A stretch of DNA of 64,000 bases from Candidatus Giovannonibacteria bacterium (GTDB taxonomy: Bacteria; Patescibacteriota; Minisyncoccia; JACPKW01; UBA11713), in contig JACPKW010000004.1 in the NCBI GenBank assembly GCA_016186825.1, positions 64,428 to 128,427 on the forward strand, in the 5' to 3' direction. The notes under the pieces were generated by a model. That model made no database searches. It had not been told where the DNA came from and saw nothing but the letters and a program-made list of their open reading frames with translations. Shown piece after piece: positions 28,950 to 39,104 of this stretch (position 1 is its first letter; every line of letters starts with the position of its first letter). The translations under genes were made by a program, and so were the position numbers.

Positions 28950-31433
28950 ATGAAAATTAGACCTGCCATATTGGTTTTATTGCTTATATTTCTTTTTTCG
29001 TTAATAAATTTCCGCGAAAGCGATGCGGAAATTGTGCCAGAAGCTCCGAGGGTTTATCTGCAGACGAACTATAATCTTCCAAAAGGTAAAACCATTAATG
29101 TCCAAGCTGGCGGGGATTTGCAGTCGGCTTTGAATTCAGCCCTGCCGGGGGATGTTATTATTCTTCAAGCGGGCGCAACTTTTACGGGAAATTTTTTGCT
29201 CCCGAACAAATCCGGACCGGACTGGATTTACATTCAGTCTTCCGGACTTAACAATCTTCCGGAAGGAAAACGCGTGAACCCGACGCAGGCGAATTACATG
29301 GCAAAAATAGTCACTTCAAATACTGCGTCTGCCGTTTCCGCCTCATCCGGCGCCCATCATTACAGATTTTCCGGAATTGAAATTACGACTACTTGGGCGA
29401 GCACGAACGCGACAATGTATAATCTTGTTTCGCTCGATTCCGGATCCGATATTGTTTTCGATCGCGCCTACATTCATGGCACGCCTGGCGGAAATGTGCG
29501 CCGCGGGATTGCCCTCAACAACGCGCGGACTGCCGTGATCGATTCTTATTTTTCCGATTTTCACGAAGTTGGGATGGAAGCGCAAACCATTATGGGGTGG
29601 AGCGGCCAGGGTCCCTATAAAATAGTAAACAATTATTTAGAAGCGGCGGGTGAAAATTTGATGTTTGGCGGACAGGACCCTTGGATTTCTAATTTGGTTC
29701 CCGCGGACATAGAAATCCGCGGAAATTATTTTTATAAACCCATGAAATGGAAAATTGGAGATTCAAGTTATGCGGGAACTCACTGGACCGTGAAAAATAT
29801 TCTCGAATTAAAAAACGCCGAGCGCGTTTTGATTTCCGGAAATATTTTTGAAAACAACTGGCCAGACGCGCAAAATGGTTTTTCAATTTTACTCACGCCG
29901 CGAAACCAGAATGGCACCGCGCCCTGGTCGAAAGTGCGCGATGTTAATTTTTCCCATAATATTCTGAAAAACATTTACGCGGGAATAAATATTATGGGCC
30001 GGGACGATAATAATCCCAGCGGACAAACGGAACGGATCGCAATAAAAAGTAATATCTTTTCCGGAGTTTCAGGAACGCTTTTTCAGATTTTAGACGGACC
30101 TCGCGATGTTTCAATCGAGCATAATACGGGAATGCAAAGCGGAAATATTTTGCTCGCATCGGGAAGCGAGGCGGCCGGTTTTGTTTTCAAAGATAATATC
30201 GCGAATCATAATCAGTACGGCGTGATCGGAACCGGAATGGGAATTGGAAATCCGACTATCAGCCGGTATTTTCCGGGAAGCGTATTTATAAAAAATGCTC
30301 TGATTGGCGGAAGCGCCGGAAGTTATCCCGCAGAAAATTATTTCCCGTCGAATTCTGCCGCGATCGGCTTTGCCGACATGCCGAACGGGAATTACGCTCT
30401 TTTGAATTCGAGCACTTATAAATATATGGGATCGGACGGAAAAGACATTGGCGCGGATGCAAGCGAGGTAAATTCAAATACCCAGTGCATAATTTCCGGG
30501 TATTGTCCGACCATGACAGCCATTTTGGTTTCGAGTCCGGCCGCGCTTTCTTCTGATCCTTTGCCTTCTTCTCAGGCGAGCGCGGCTCTGCCACTGGCAA
30601 CGCAGACAACGTCGAGCTTTGTCCCTTCAGCTGCCTCTGTCGAAGGAATTACTTGGCGGGGCGCTTCGAATGTTTCAGCAAGTTCGGATTCAATTAAGAA
30701 AACTTCGGGATGCGATGGATGCCCTGATGCCGGAGCTTTTTCTGAAAATTCTCTTTCGGGTGATGGATATCTTGAATTTAAAGCGAGTGAAACAAATACA
30801 AATCGTCAGATAGGCCTCTCAAACGGAGATACCGATTTTTCAGGAAACGACATAGATTTTTCCTTTCAAATGCATCCGATTGTCTCGAATTATAATCTCG
30901 AGGTTCGCGAAAACGGCGAATATCGCGCAAACACTTCTTACAAAACAGGGGACTTATTAAAAATTTCAGTTGAAGCTGGAACGGTCAAGTATTACAAAAA
31001 TGGATCGCTTTTATACGGGAGCGCTAATAAGGCGCTGTTCCCGCTCATAATAGATACCTCCATCCTGAATTTGGGCGGAACGCTCGATAAAATTGTCTTG
31101 TCTAAAAGCGCGTTTGCTTCAAGCAAGCCCGCGGCTCCAAAGCCAGCGGCAGTTGAGTCCGGAGGGACAATTCAGCCGCCCGCAACCTCTGCGCGGCAAT
31201 TAATTTTGCCGGTGAAGCCCGCCGCTTTTTTTAAGATAGGTGACAGAGTTTACACCATGGCTTATCTCCGTGTCCGAAGAACCCCCTACGGCTTTACCAT
31301 CGGAATTCAAAAAATTAATTCGTATGGAAAAATTTTGGCCGGGCCTTCGGCTGTCGGAGGTTTGAAATGGTGGAAAGTTGATTATGATAAAGGCGTGGAC
31401 GGATGGTCTGCGGAGAAATGGCTTAAAAAATAG
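28950..31433 (+). CDS. secreted right-handed beta-helix repeat protein with lectin-like middle region and C-terminal SH3b-like domain
   Basis: Signal peptide; repeated N-x-x-G / NNIxxN beta-helix-like segments; C-terminal GDRVYTMAYLRVRRTPYG...GWSAEKWLKK resembles bacterial SH3. Confidence 0.5.
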   Translation: MKIRPAILVLLLIFLFSLINFRESDAEIVPEAPRVYLQTNYNLPKGKTINVQAGGDLQSALNSALPGDVIILQAGATFTGNFLLPNKSGPDWIYIQSSGLNNLPEGKRVNPTQANYMAKIVTSNTASAVSASSGAHHYRFSGIEITTTWASTNATMYNLVSLDSGSDIVFDRAYIHGTPGGNVRRGIALNNARTAVIDSYFSDFHEVGMEAQTIMGWSGQGPYKIVNNYLEAAGENLMFGGQDPWISNLVPADIEIRGNYFYKPMKWKIGDSSYAGTHWTVKNILELKNAERVLISGNIFENNWPDAQNGFSILLTPRNQNGTAPWSKVRDVNFSHNILKNIYAGINIMGRDDNNPSGQTERIAIKSNIFSGVSGTLFQILDGPRDVSIEHNTGMQSGNILLASGSEAAGFVFKDNIANHNQYGVIGTGMGIGNPTISRYFPGSVFIKNALIGGSAGSYPAENYFPSNSAAIGFADMPNGNYALLNSSTYKYMGSDGKDIGADASEVNSNTQCIISGYCPTMTAILVSSPAALSSDPLPSSQASAALPLATQTTSSFVPSAASVEGITWRGASNVSASSDSIKKTSGCDGCPDAGAFSENSLSGDGYLEFKASETNTNRQIGLSNGDTDFSGNDIDFSFQMHPIVSNYNLEVRENGEYRANTSYKTGDLLKISVEAGTVKYYKNGSLLYGSANKALFPLIIDTSILNLGGTLDKIVLSKSAFASSKPAAPKPAAVESGGTIQPPATSARQLILPVKPAAFFKIGDRVYTMAYLRVRRTPYGFTIGIQKINSYGKILAGPSAVGGLKWWKVDYDKGVDGWSAEKWLKK

Positions 31434-31512
31434 GCAGAAGGAAGCTCTGGCAGAAATCAAGCATTTTTCGGCGTTTTTTGATATAATCATCTCATAATTC
31501 AAATTTGTTTTT

Positions 31513-33783
31513 TTGACGCGCAATAACAGTAAGAAAAAAAATAACGGGCCCAAGTGGCATCAGGGGTTGAAAGACGAAACGAAGCAATCGATTTTCGGGA
31601 TTTTTGCTTTTGCGCTCGCCATTTTATTCACGCTTGCCGCATTCGGCAAGGCGGGATTTATCGGGACGAAATTGCAGGGTCTTTTCGAGCTTCTTTTTGG
31701 AAGGGCTTTTTTCCTGATTCCCCTCATGCTTTTGATGGCTGGGATTTCATTTATATTTTCACTCCGAAAACATTTTCTCGCTTCGACGATGATCGGCGCG
31801 ATTTTATTTCTTTTGTCATCGCTCGGAATAGTTGACCTTTTTTTCAGCGACGCGGCTGCGTCTGCAAACGATCGGGCGGCGGGACTCGCGGGATTTGTTT
31901 CAAGCTATCCTTTTATGAAGCTCTTTGATTTTTGGGCAGCGCTTTTGATTCTCGCAGTCTTTTTGGCCGTGGGAATTTTGATCATGCTGAATATTTCGCT
32001 TCCGCGAAGGAAAAAAGAAAATGAATTTCAGAAGGCTGGTCAGATTCAAATCAATCAGCCTATGGCGGCTGTGGCAGTTGCGGAAAAACCGCCCGAGCTT
32101 GAAAAAATGCCCGAACCCGAAAAAATAATTCCGCGCCAGGCATCGGGTTTGAAAAGTGATGAATTTGTGACCGCTCCACTGAAAAGAATGCGCAAAGGCA
32201 ATTTTCTTCTTCCGCCTTTGGATTTGCTCGAAGATGACAAAGGAGTCCCTTCGTCAGGGGATATAAAAGCGAATTCAAATATTATCCGGCGCACGCTCCA
32301 AACTTTCGGGATCGAAGTTGAAATGGCTGAAGTCAATGTTGGCCCTTCGGTTACGCAATACACTTTGAAACCCGCGGAAGGCGTAAAGCTTTCGAGGATT
32401 GTAGCGCTTCAAAATGATTTGGCTTTGGCGCTCGCCGCGCATCCTTTGCGCATTGAAGCTCCGATTCCGGGGAGATCGCTCGTCGGGATTGAGATTCCGA
32501 ACCGTTCGATTGCGCTTGTGGGCCTGCGCACCTTGCTTGCGGCGGATGAATTTCAAAAAACTTCAGCCCTCCTGCCTTTCGCGCTTGGCCGCGATGTTTC
32601 GGGGCAAGCAGTTTATGCCGATCTCGCGAAACTGCCGCACCTTTTGATCGCTGGCGCGACGGGAACCGGAAAATCTGTCGCGATTCATTCTATTTTGATG
32701 AGCATGCTTTATAAAAATCCTCCAGAGATTTTGCGTTTTATTATTATCGATCCCAAACGGGTTGAGCTTTCAGCTTATTCCAAAATTCCGCATTTACTGA
32801 CGCCAGTTATAACGGATTCCAAAAAAACAATCCTCGCGCTGAAGTGGGCGGCGAAGGAGATGGAGCACCGCTATGAAGTTTTGGCGAAATATAATGCAAG
32901 AAATATTTCCTCATACCATGCGCAAATAATGAAAAATCTTTCTGACGTGAAAGATGTCGAAGCGATGCCTTATCTTGTAATTGTAATCGATGAACTCGCC
33001 GATATCATGGCAACTTATCCGCGCGAACTGGAAGCTGCAATTGTCAGGCTCGCGCAAATGTCGCGCGCAGTCGGAATTCATTTGATGCTCTCGACCCAGC
33101 GGCCGTCTGTGGAGGTGATTACTGGGTTGATCAAAGCAAATATTACCTCGCGAATCGCTTTGCAGGTGGTGTCGCAAGTGGATTCACGCACAATTTTGGA
33201 CGCATCCGGCGCGGATAAATTATTAGGAAACGGCGATATGCTTTTTCTCGCGGGCGATGTAGCGAAACCCAGGCGCATTCAGGGCGCGTTTGTGTCGGAG
33301 AGCGAAGTAAAAAATGTTACAAAATGGCTTGCGGATCATGTGGAAGAAGGCGGCGAAGGAGATGTCGGGACGGCGGAGGACATGTTTGCAGGCGAAAACG
33401 GCTCGGGCCTCAAAAATATTCTGGAATCGCTTGAAAGCGGGAGCGAATCTGATGATGATCTTTACGAGGAAGCGCGCAGGATTGCAATCGAAGCCGGAAA
33501 AGTTTCGGCGTCTTATTTGCAGCGCCGCCTTCGTGTCGGCTATGCCCGCGCGGCGAGGCTTCTCGATATGATGGAAGAGCGCGGAGTAATCGGACCGGCA
33601 GACGGCGCAAAACCGCGCGAGATTTTGATGAAATCAGACGATTTTGAAAGCGCACCCGAATTGCCCGTAAGATCTAGCGCCCAGGAAGATATATCTCAAG
33701 CAGATAATTCAAACGCATCCAAAATGAAGGCGGCGCTAAAACCCAAAAATGAAGAAGATTCGGATTTTTATTCCAGTTTTTAA
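31513..33783 (+). CDS. ftsK: DNA translocase FtsK
   Basis: 4-5 N-terminal TM helices, Walker A GATGTGKS, Walker B VIVIDELAD, C-terminal winged-helix gamma domain YLQRRLRVGYARAARLLD. Confidence 0.9.
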   Translation: MTRNNSKKKNNGPKWHQGLKDETKQSIFGIFAFALAILFTLAAFGKAGFIGTKLQGLFELLFGRAFFLIPLMLLMAGISFIFSLRKHFLASTMIGAILFLLSSLGIVDLFFSDAAASANDRAAGLAGFVSSYPFMKLFDFWAALLILAVFLAVGILIMLNISLPRRKKENEFQKAGQIQINQPMAAVAVAEKPPELEKMPEPEKIIPRQASGLKSDEFVTAPLKRMRKGNFLLPPLDLLEDDKGVPSSGDIKANSNIIRRTLQTFGIEVEMAEVNVGPSVTQYTLKPAEGVKLSRIVALQNDLALALAAHPLRIEAPIPGRSLVGIEIPNRSIALVGLRTLLAADEFQKTSALLPFALGRDVSGQAVYADLAKLPHLLIAGATGTGKSVAIHSILMSMLYKNPPEILRFIIIDPKRVELSAYSKIPHLLTPVITDSKKTILALKWAAKEMEHRYEVLAKYNARNISSYHAQIMKNLSDVKDVEAMPYLVIVIDELADIMATYPRELEAAIVRLAQMSRAVGIHLMLSTQRPSVEVITGLIKANITSRIALQVVSQVDSRTILDASGADKLLGNGDMLFLAGDVAKPRRIQGAFVSESEVKNVTKWLADHVEEGGEGDVGTAEDMFAGENGSGLKNILESLESGSESDDDLYEEARRIAIEAGKVSASYLQRRLRVGYARAARLLDMMEERGVIGPADGAKPREILMKSDDFESAPELPVRSSAQEDISQADNSNASKMKAALKPKNEEDSDFYSSF

Positions 33784-33786
33784 TAA

Positions 33787-34122
33787 TTGAGGGTTTCACA
33801 CAAAAAATTTGTTTTGATATTTATGCTCGTTATAATCGCAGCTTATGGAATTTGGCAAGCGCGGAATTTTTTACGGGGTCCCATTATAAGATTGGAAATT
33901 CCGAGAGAGGGAGAAGTGTTTAATGAAAGAGTGGTTACGGTCAAGGGAACTGCTCTTGGCGCAGGCCACCTTTTATTGAATGGCCGCGCGATACTCACTA
34001 ACGAGAAGGGGGAGTTTAGCGAGACTTATGTGCTCGCACCCGGAGTAAATGATATTGAAATTCGCGCCCGCGACCGCTTCGGACATGAAGAGACTGTAAG
34101 ACGGATGGTTTTTTTGAAATAA
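33787..34122 (+). CDS. hypothetical membrane-anchored protein (111 aa)
   Basis: N-terminal TM helix; no motif. Confidence 0.35.
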   Translation: MRVSHKKFVLIFMLVIIAAYGIWQARNFLRGPIIRLEIPREGEVFNERVVTVKGTALGAGHLLLNGRAILTNEKGEFSETYVLAPGVNDIEIRARDRFGHEETVRRMVFLK

Positions 34123-34194
34123 AAGCAAGCAATGCACTCTTAAGAAGCGCTTATATATTGTTTGTTTCTTTTCCAAAGTGGTAAAATATGAATC

Positions 34195-35205
34195 ATGATT
34201 AAGCCGAAAAAAGCAGACGAAAAAAAAGAAAAAAACTTGGGAGTGGAATCAGCGCTCAAAGAAATTCAGGCGAAATATGGCGAAGGGGCGATAATGAAAC
34301 TGGGCGAAGCGCGCAAAGTTGATGTTGATACGATTCCCTCGGGCTCCTTGGGACTGGATTTGGCGCTTGGAGTCGGCGGAGTGCCGCGCGGAAGAATTAT
34401 AGAAATCTACGGCCCGGAATCTTCGGGGAAAACTACTCTCGCCTTGCATATTGTCGCAAACGCCCAAAAAAAAGGCGGGCTTTGCGCATATGTGGACGCG
34501 GAGCATGCGCTTGATCCCGAATATGCGAGAAAAATCGGGGTAAAAATAGATGATCTTTTAATTTCCCAGCCGGACACCGGTGAGCAGGCTTTGGAAATTA
34601 CGGAAAGTCTGGTGCGTTCCGGTTCAATCGACGTTTTGGTGATCGATTCCGTCGCGGCTTTGACGCCGCAGGCTGAAATTGAAGGAGAGATGGGACAATC
34701 TCACATGGGCCTGCAGGCGCGATTGATGTCGCAGGCGCTTCGGAAACTTACTGCGATAGTCGCGAAGTCAAAAACGGTTGTGATTTTCATCAACCAAATC
34801 CGGATGCAGATTGGAATAATGTTTGGAAATCCGGAGACAACTACTGGGGGCAAAGCTTTAAAATTTTATGCTTCTGTGCGGATCGAGGTGCGCAGAGCCG
34901 CACAAATAAAAAAGGGGGAAGATATAGTTGGAAACAGAGTAAAGGCTAAGATTGTTAAAAATAAAGTCGCGCCTCCCTTCAGAACGGCGGAATTTGACAT
35001 TATGTATAACGAGGGCATTTCTTATGAGGGCGATTTGATTAACTTGGGGCTCAAGTACGAATTGATAAAAAAATCCGGCGCTTCGCTTTCTTTTGGCGAG
35101 GCCCGTTTGGGGCAAGGCTATGAAAATGCGAAGGAATATCTGCGCGCTAACCCTTTAATTGTGAAAGAGCTGGTTAAAGCTGTGCGTCAAAAAGCTGTAT
35201 CTTGA
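34195..35205 (+). CDS. recA: recombinase RecA
   Basis: [13 protein letters not shown] Walker A, L1/L2 loop regions conserved. Confidence 0.95.
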   Translation: MIKPKKADEKKEKNLGVESALKEIQAKYGEGAIMKLGEARKVDVDTIPSGSLGLDLALGVGGVPRGRIIEIYGPESSGKTTLALHIVANAQKKGGLCAYVDAEHALDPEYARKIGVKIDDLLISQPDTGEQALEITESLVRSGSIDVLVIDSVAALTPQAEIEGEMGQSHMGLQARLMSQALRKLTAIVAKSKTVVIFINQIRMQIGIMFGNPETTTGGKALKFYASVRIEVRRAAQIKKGEDIVGNRVKAKIVKNKVAPPFRTAEFDIMYNEGISYEGDLINLGLKYELIKKSGASLSFGEARLGQGYENAKEYLRANPLIVKELVKAVRQKAVS

Positions 35206-35229
35206 TTTATTTTCGAGTATAATAAGAGC

Positions 35230-35373
35230 ATGGCGAACAATTTTTATGATTATGGGATGATGCAGAACCTCTGGTTTTGGTCCTGGCTCGGGCCATTTAT
35301 CCAGGTTTTGGTTCTCGTCGTTCTCGTTTTGTGGACGGTAAAACTTTTCAAGGAAGTTACCAAAACAAAATAA
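35230..35373 (+). CDS. unannotated small hydrophobic peptide (47 aa)
   Basis: Not in ORF table (<60 aa); MANNFYDYGMMQNLWFWSWLGPFIQVLVLVVLVLWTVK single TM helix with Trp-rich flank, basic C-terminus. Confidence 0.3.
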   Translation: MANNFYDYGMMQNLWFWSWLGPFIQVLVLVVLVLWTVKLFKEVTKTK

Positions 35374-35425
35374 TTTTATTTTTCAGACACAAATATTCGG
35401 AGTCGTTGGTTTTGCTATTCTATAA

Positions 35426-35860
35426 ATGAAATACATTATTTTATTATTGTTACTGGCTGCGGTCACGGTTTCTTTTATTTATTTCGGACGCGGCCGCCTG
35501 CAGACCGAAATTAAAGAAATTACGGTTGATAGCTATAAGCTAAAGGTGCAAGTGGCGCGCAGTGAAGCGGATTACGAAAAGGGCCTTCAGGACGTAAAAG
35601 ATCTCGGAGAGAACGAAGGCATGCTTTTCGTTTTTGATAAACCGCGGCAAGCTCTATTTTGGAATAAAAACACGCGGATTGATCTCGATGTGATTTGGAT
35701 CCAGAACGGGAACGTAGTCGGCTTTGGCTTTTTGCCCAAAGAAAGTTCACGCAAAACTTATCTGACTTCGCCAAGCCCTGTGGATATGGTTCTTGAGGTG
35801 AATGCCGGCTGGGCGGAACAGCATGATATTAAAAACGGATCGACAGTGGTCGGATACTGA
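35426..35860 (+). CDS. DUF192 family protein (paralog of 909..1424)
   Basis: GMLFVF...IDLDVIWI...MVLEVNAGW mirrors the motifs of the first copy. Confidence 0.55.
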   Translation: MKYIILLLLLAAVTVSFIYFGRGRLQTEIKEITVDSYKLKVQVARSEADYEKGLQDVKDLGENEGMLFVFDKPRQALFWNKNTRIDLDVIWIQNGNVVGFGFLPKESSRKTYLTSPSPVDMVLEVNAGWAEQHDIKNGSTVVGY

Positions 35861-35940
35861 TTATTATTCTAGAATATAAACGTCCGGTGTGTCCCAAGTT
35901 GTGCCGGACGGTCGAAGAAAAATATAGGAGATTTTTATCT

Positions 35941-36102
35941 ATGTGGCAGAACTGGGTAACCGGTATTTTAGGCCTTTGGGTCATTTTAATCCCTTTTTTG
36001 GGGATGGAGCCTATTCGGCAAAATGTCCTGATCGTAACAGGAGTAGTAATCGCCGTATTGGGTTTTTGGTCTGCTTCAGGATCAAAAACGGAGGGAATGT
36101 AA
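35941..36102 (+). CDS. small two-TM membrane protein (53 aa from internal Met)
   Basis: TATAGGAG SD-like upstream of MWQNWVTGILGLWVILIPFLG. Confidence 0.3.
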   Translation: MWQNWVTGILGLWVILIPFLGMEPIRQNVLIVTGVVIAVLGFWSASGSKTEGM

Positions 36103-36185
36103 ATTCCCATTGATCCGTTTTTGGAAACCTCCGAAGACCCCGTTATTAAGCCGTTTTCCTTTTTAAGCTTTTTAAGAACGTGAGT

Positions 36186-36319
36186 TTCTAACGGGGAAGC
36201 GAAGGCGTTTTTGCATTGTTTACCCCGTTAGAGAACTCGTGCGGGGCATTAAACCACGCACTCGCATTAAAATACTAAAACCCTCGCGGCAAGCCTCGAG
36301 GCATTCTCTAACGGGGTAA
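36186..36319 (+). promoter_or_regulatory. candidate cis-regulatory RNA leader with three copies of TTCTCTAACGGGG / CCCCGTTAGAGAA motif allowing alternative hairpins
   Basis: Copy 2 (inverted) can pair with copy 1 or with copy 3, which abuts the start codon at 36323; the same motif pair occurs at 6425/6506. Confidence 0.35.
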
Positions 36320-36322
36320 AAA

Positions 36323-37567
36323 ATGTTTAACTACGATTATTTGATTATTGGCGGAGGAATTGCTGGAACGACTGCGGCGGAAACTTTGCGTAAAAATGAT
36401 TCGGCGGCAAAAATCGCCATTTTGGAAGATGAAAAACATCTTTTGTATTCGCGGGTTTTTCTTCCCAGATTCGCAATGGGGGAGATAGGTTTGGATAAAG
36501 TAATGCTTCGCACTCTCAATGATTATGAAAAGAACAACATCGACATTTTTCTTTCGGAACGTGTAGTGAAAATAGATTTTGAGAAAAAAACTGCTGATAC
36601 TGATTCAGGAAAAAATTTTTCATACAAAAAACTTCTGATTGCCTCCGGCGGGCGTGCGGAGGAATGGCAATTTTCAGACGGCATAAAAGACAAAGTCTAT
36701 CGCCTGCAAACATTGGATGATGCGCTGGGCCTCAAATCTTTATTCGAGCAAAAACCTCATGGAAAAGTGCTGGTGGTGGGCGGGGGTTTAATAACGCTTG
36801 AATTTCTGAATATTTTTTCCAAATACGGCTGGGAAATCACTCTTTTGATGCGCGAACGCTTTTTTTGGAACGGCCTTGTAGAGGAGCGCGGCGGCGAGCT
36901 TTTTAATAAAATTTTTTTGCGAGGAAAAATAAATGTTATTGCTGGCGATGAGGTGCATGCAATTAAAGCTGAAGAAAACATTTTAGCGGTCCGGACGAAA
37001 GGCTCAAAAATTTTACATGCTGACGCGATCGCGGTCGGAGTGGGACTGAAAAGAAACCTGGAATTTGCGCGAGGACTAAGCACTGCGAGCGGAATAAAAG
37101 TGGATAATTACTTAAAAGCGGGTGACGGTGTCTGGGCGGCGGGAGATGTCGCGGAATATGTGGATCCGTTTTCAGGAAAATCTAAAACAATCGGAAACTG
37201 GACACATGCTTTTTTAACCGGCCGGATCGCAGGAATAAATATGGCGGGCTCGCCCGCTAAGGCAGGCGACGAAGAATTCAGATCGACCGCATCTTATTCC
37301 ACTGAAGTTTTAGGTGCGGTAATAACAATCATCGGGGAAATCGCTTTGCCCGAAGCTGAAACATTTGTGTCACTGGATGAAGTCAGCGATAAGTATTCAA
37401 GGTTTTTTCTTAAAAACGGGCGTTTGATCGGCGCTTTTCTCGTAAATAGTCAGCAAATAAAGCCTTTTGCGGCGAAACTGATCGAATCTGAAAAAAATGT
37501 TTCAGGCAGAGAAAATTTACTCTTTTACGAAAGCGGCCTCAAGGAATTGCTTCGAGATGACACCTAA
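36323..37567 (+). CDS. FAD-dependent pyridine nucleotide-disulfide oxidoreductase (NAD(P)H oxidase/ferredoxin reductase-like)
   Basis: Two Rossmann motifs IIGGGIAG and VVGGGLITLE, C-terminal dimerisation region. Confidence 0.75.
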   Translation: MFNYDYLIIGGGIAGTTAAETLRKNDSAAKIAILEDEKHLLYSRVFLPRFAMGEIGLDKVMLRTLNDYEKNNIDIFLSERVVKIDFEKKTADTDSGKNFSYKKLLIASGGRAEEWQFSDGIKDKVYRLQTLDDALGLKSLFEQKPHGKVLVVGGGLITLEFLNIFSKYGWEITLLMRERFFWNGLVEERGGELFNKIFLRGKINVIAGDEVHAIKAEENILAVRTKGSKILHADAIAVGVGLKRNLEFARGLSTASGIKVDNYLKAGDGVWAAGDVAEYVDPFSGKSKTIGNWTHAFLTGRIAGINMAGSPAKAGDEEFRSTASYSTEVLGAVITIIGEIALPEAETFVSLDEVSDKYSRFFLKNGRLIGAFLVNSQQIKPFAAKLIESEKNVSGRENLLFYESGLKELLRDDT

Positions 37568-38747
37568 GTTCGCTGAATTTAAGAAAAAAGTCAGGTGGCG
37601 CTTTTGGGCATTACTTGCGGCTATATTTACTGTGGCTGGCGGAATTATTTTCGGCGCAAAAAACATGGCAACTGAATTTGTAGAGCCCCTTGAGTATGTT
37701 GCGCGCGCTATCGACAATCTCCCGCTTTTGCAAAAAGAACCAGCGACGCAGCATTTATCAACTCCTGCGATTGTCCGCGGCATTTACATCTCGAGCTGGG
37801 TTGCTGGCACGGCTTCATGGCGGAAAGACCTTGTGAGCTTCGTTGAAAATTCAGAATTGAACAGCGTTATAATAGACGTCAAAGATTCAACGGGAAAGGT
37901 TTCTTTTATTTCTGACAACGAAAAATTGAAGGCGCTTGGCTATTTCGAAAAAAGAATTCCCGAAATTAGAAAAGTAATAAATGAACTCCACGAAAAAAAT
38001 ATTTATGTAATCGGGCGGATTGCAGTTTTCCAGGATGGAATTTTGGCGCTCAAGCGCTCTGATCTTGCAATCAAGAGAAAATCGAACGGAAATCTTTGGG
38101 GGGATAAAAAAGGGCTTGCGTGGGTGGACCCTGCTTCGAGGGAAACATGGGAGATCGCGGCGCTTGTAGCGAAAGAAGCCGAAAAAGTCGGATTCGATGA
38201 AATCAATTTCGATTATATTCGCTTTCCTTCTGACGGCGATCTTTCGGATATGTCATTTCCGTTTTGGGACGGAAAAACTTCTAGGTCTGGGGTTATCGAA
38301 AACTTTTTTGAGTATTTAAAAAACGAACTCGGAACGCTCGGGGTTCCGATATCGGCAGATTTATTTGGCCTTACGAGCTGGAATTATGACGATTTGAAAA
38401 TTGGGCAAACTTTGGAAATTGCCGCAAAACATTTCGATTATGTCTCACCGATGATGTATCCATCGCATTATCCCGCCGATTTTCAGGGATTTAAAAATCC
38501 TGCCGCTCACCCGTATGAGGTTATCAAAACGGCTTTGACGCGTGCGAAAGCACGGATTATCGCGATTGGAGAGCGTCCGGAAAAACTGCGCCCGTGGATT
38601 CAGGACTTCGATCTCGGAGCGAAATACGACGCTTCCATGATTAAACTCCAGAAACAGGCGATCTATGATGCGGGGCTCGGTTCGTGGCTTTCATGGGATC
38701 CTGCGAATAAATACACGCGGGATGGATATGACCCTGTTAGAAATTAG
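37557..38747 (+). CDS. membrane-anchored putative glycoside hydrolase (DUF4015/GH-like TIM barrel)
   Basis: N-terminal TM; VRGIYISSW...IIDVKD...YVIGRIAVFQD...WVDP...FDEINFDYIRFP pattern resembles the GHL10/DUF4015 family; start overlaps upstream stop by 11 nt. Confidence 0.45.
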   Translation: MTPKFAEFKKKVRWRFWALLAAIFTVAGGIIFGAKNMATEFVEPLEYVARAIDNLPLLQKEPATQHLSTPAIVRGIYISSWVAGTASWRKDLVSFVENSELNSVIIDVKDSTGKVSFISDNEKLKALGYFEKRIPEIRKVINELHEKNIYVIGRIAVFQDGILALKRSDLAIKRKSNGNLWGDKKGLAWVDPASRETWEIAALVAKEAEKVGFDEINFDYIRFPSDGDLSDMSFPFWDGKTSRSGVIENFFEYLKNELGTLGVPISADLFGLTSWNYDDLKIGQTLEIAAKHFDYVSPMMYPSHYPADFQGFKNPAAHPYEVIKTALTRAKARIIAIGERPEKLRPWIQDFDLGAKYDASMIKLQKQAIYDAGLGSWLSWDPANKYTRDGYDPVRN

Positions 38748-38844
38748 CAGGTCTTGAAGTTGCGCGCGAAAAGGAGATTTTTAACGCGGCAAAGATGTGC
38801 ATAAGCCGATTTAAAAGTGGCTCGGGATTGCGTATTATTAATAC

Positions 38845-39081
38845 ATGGATAAGCGTGAGAAGATTCAATTGATTTTTGCGATACTTGCTTCGCTGCTTGT
38901 GGGATATGTCGCGGGTTATTATGTTATTTCAGACGAAACTGAAAAAATTCAGTCGGAACTTACAAGTTACAAAGAGCGGGAGCGTGCACTTGATACTTTG
39001 AGTGCGCCAATTCGCGGTGCAAATGTCAGCTCCAAAGTTTTGGACTCATTAACAGCTCCGTCAGCCGGCGAGAGCCGTTAG
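38845..39081 (+). CDS. hypothetical membrane-anchored protein (78 aa)
   Basis: Single N-terminal TM helix. Confidence 0.3.
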   Translation: MDKREKIQLIFAILASLLVGYVAGYYVISDETEKIQSELTSYKERERALDTLSAPIRGANVSSKVLDSLTAPSAGESR

Positions 39082-39104
39082 CTATTAAAAATAATTTTTA
39101 AACC

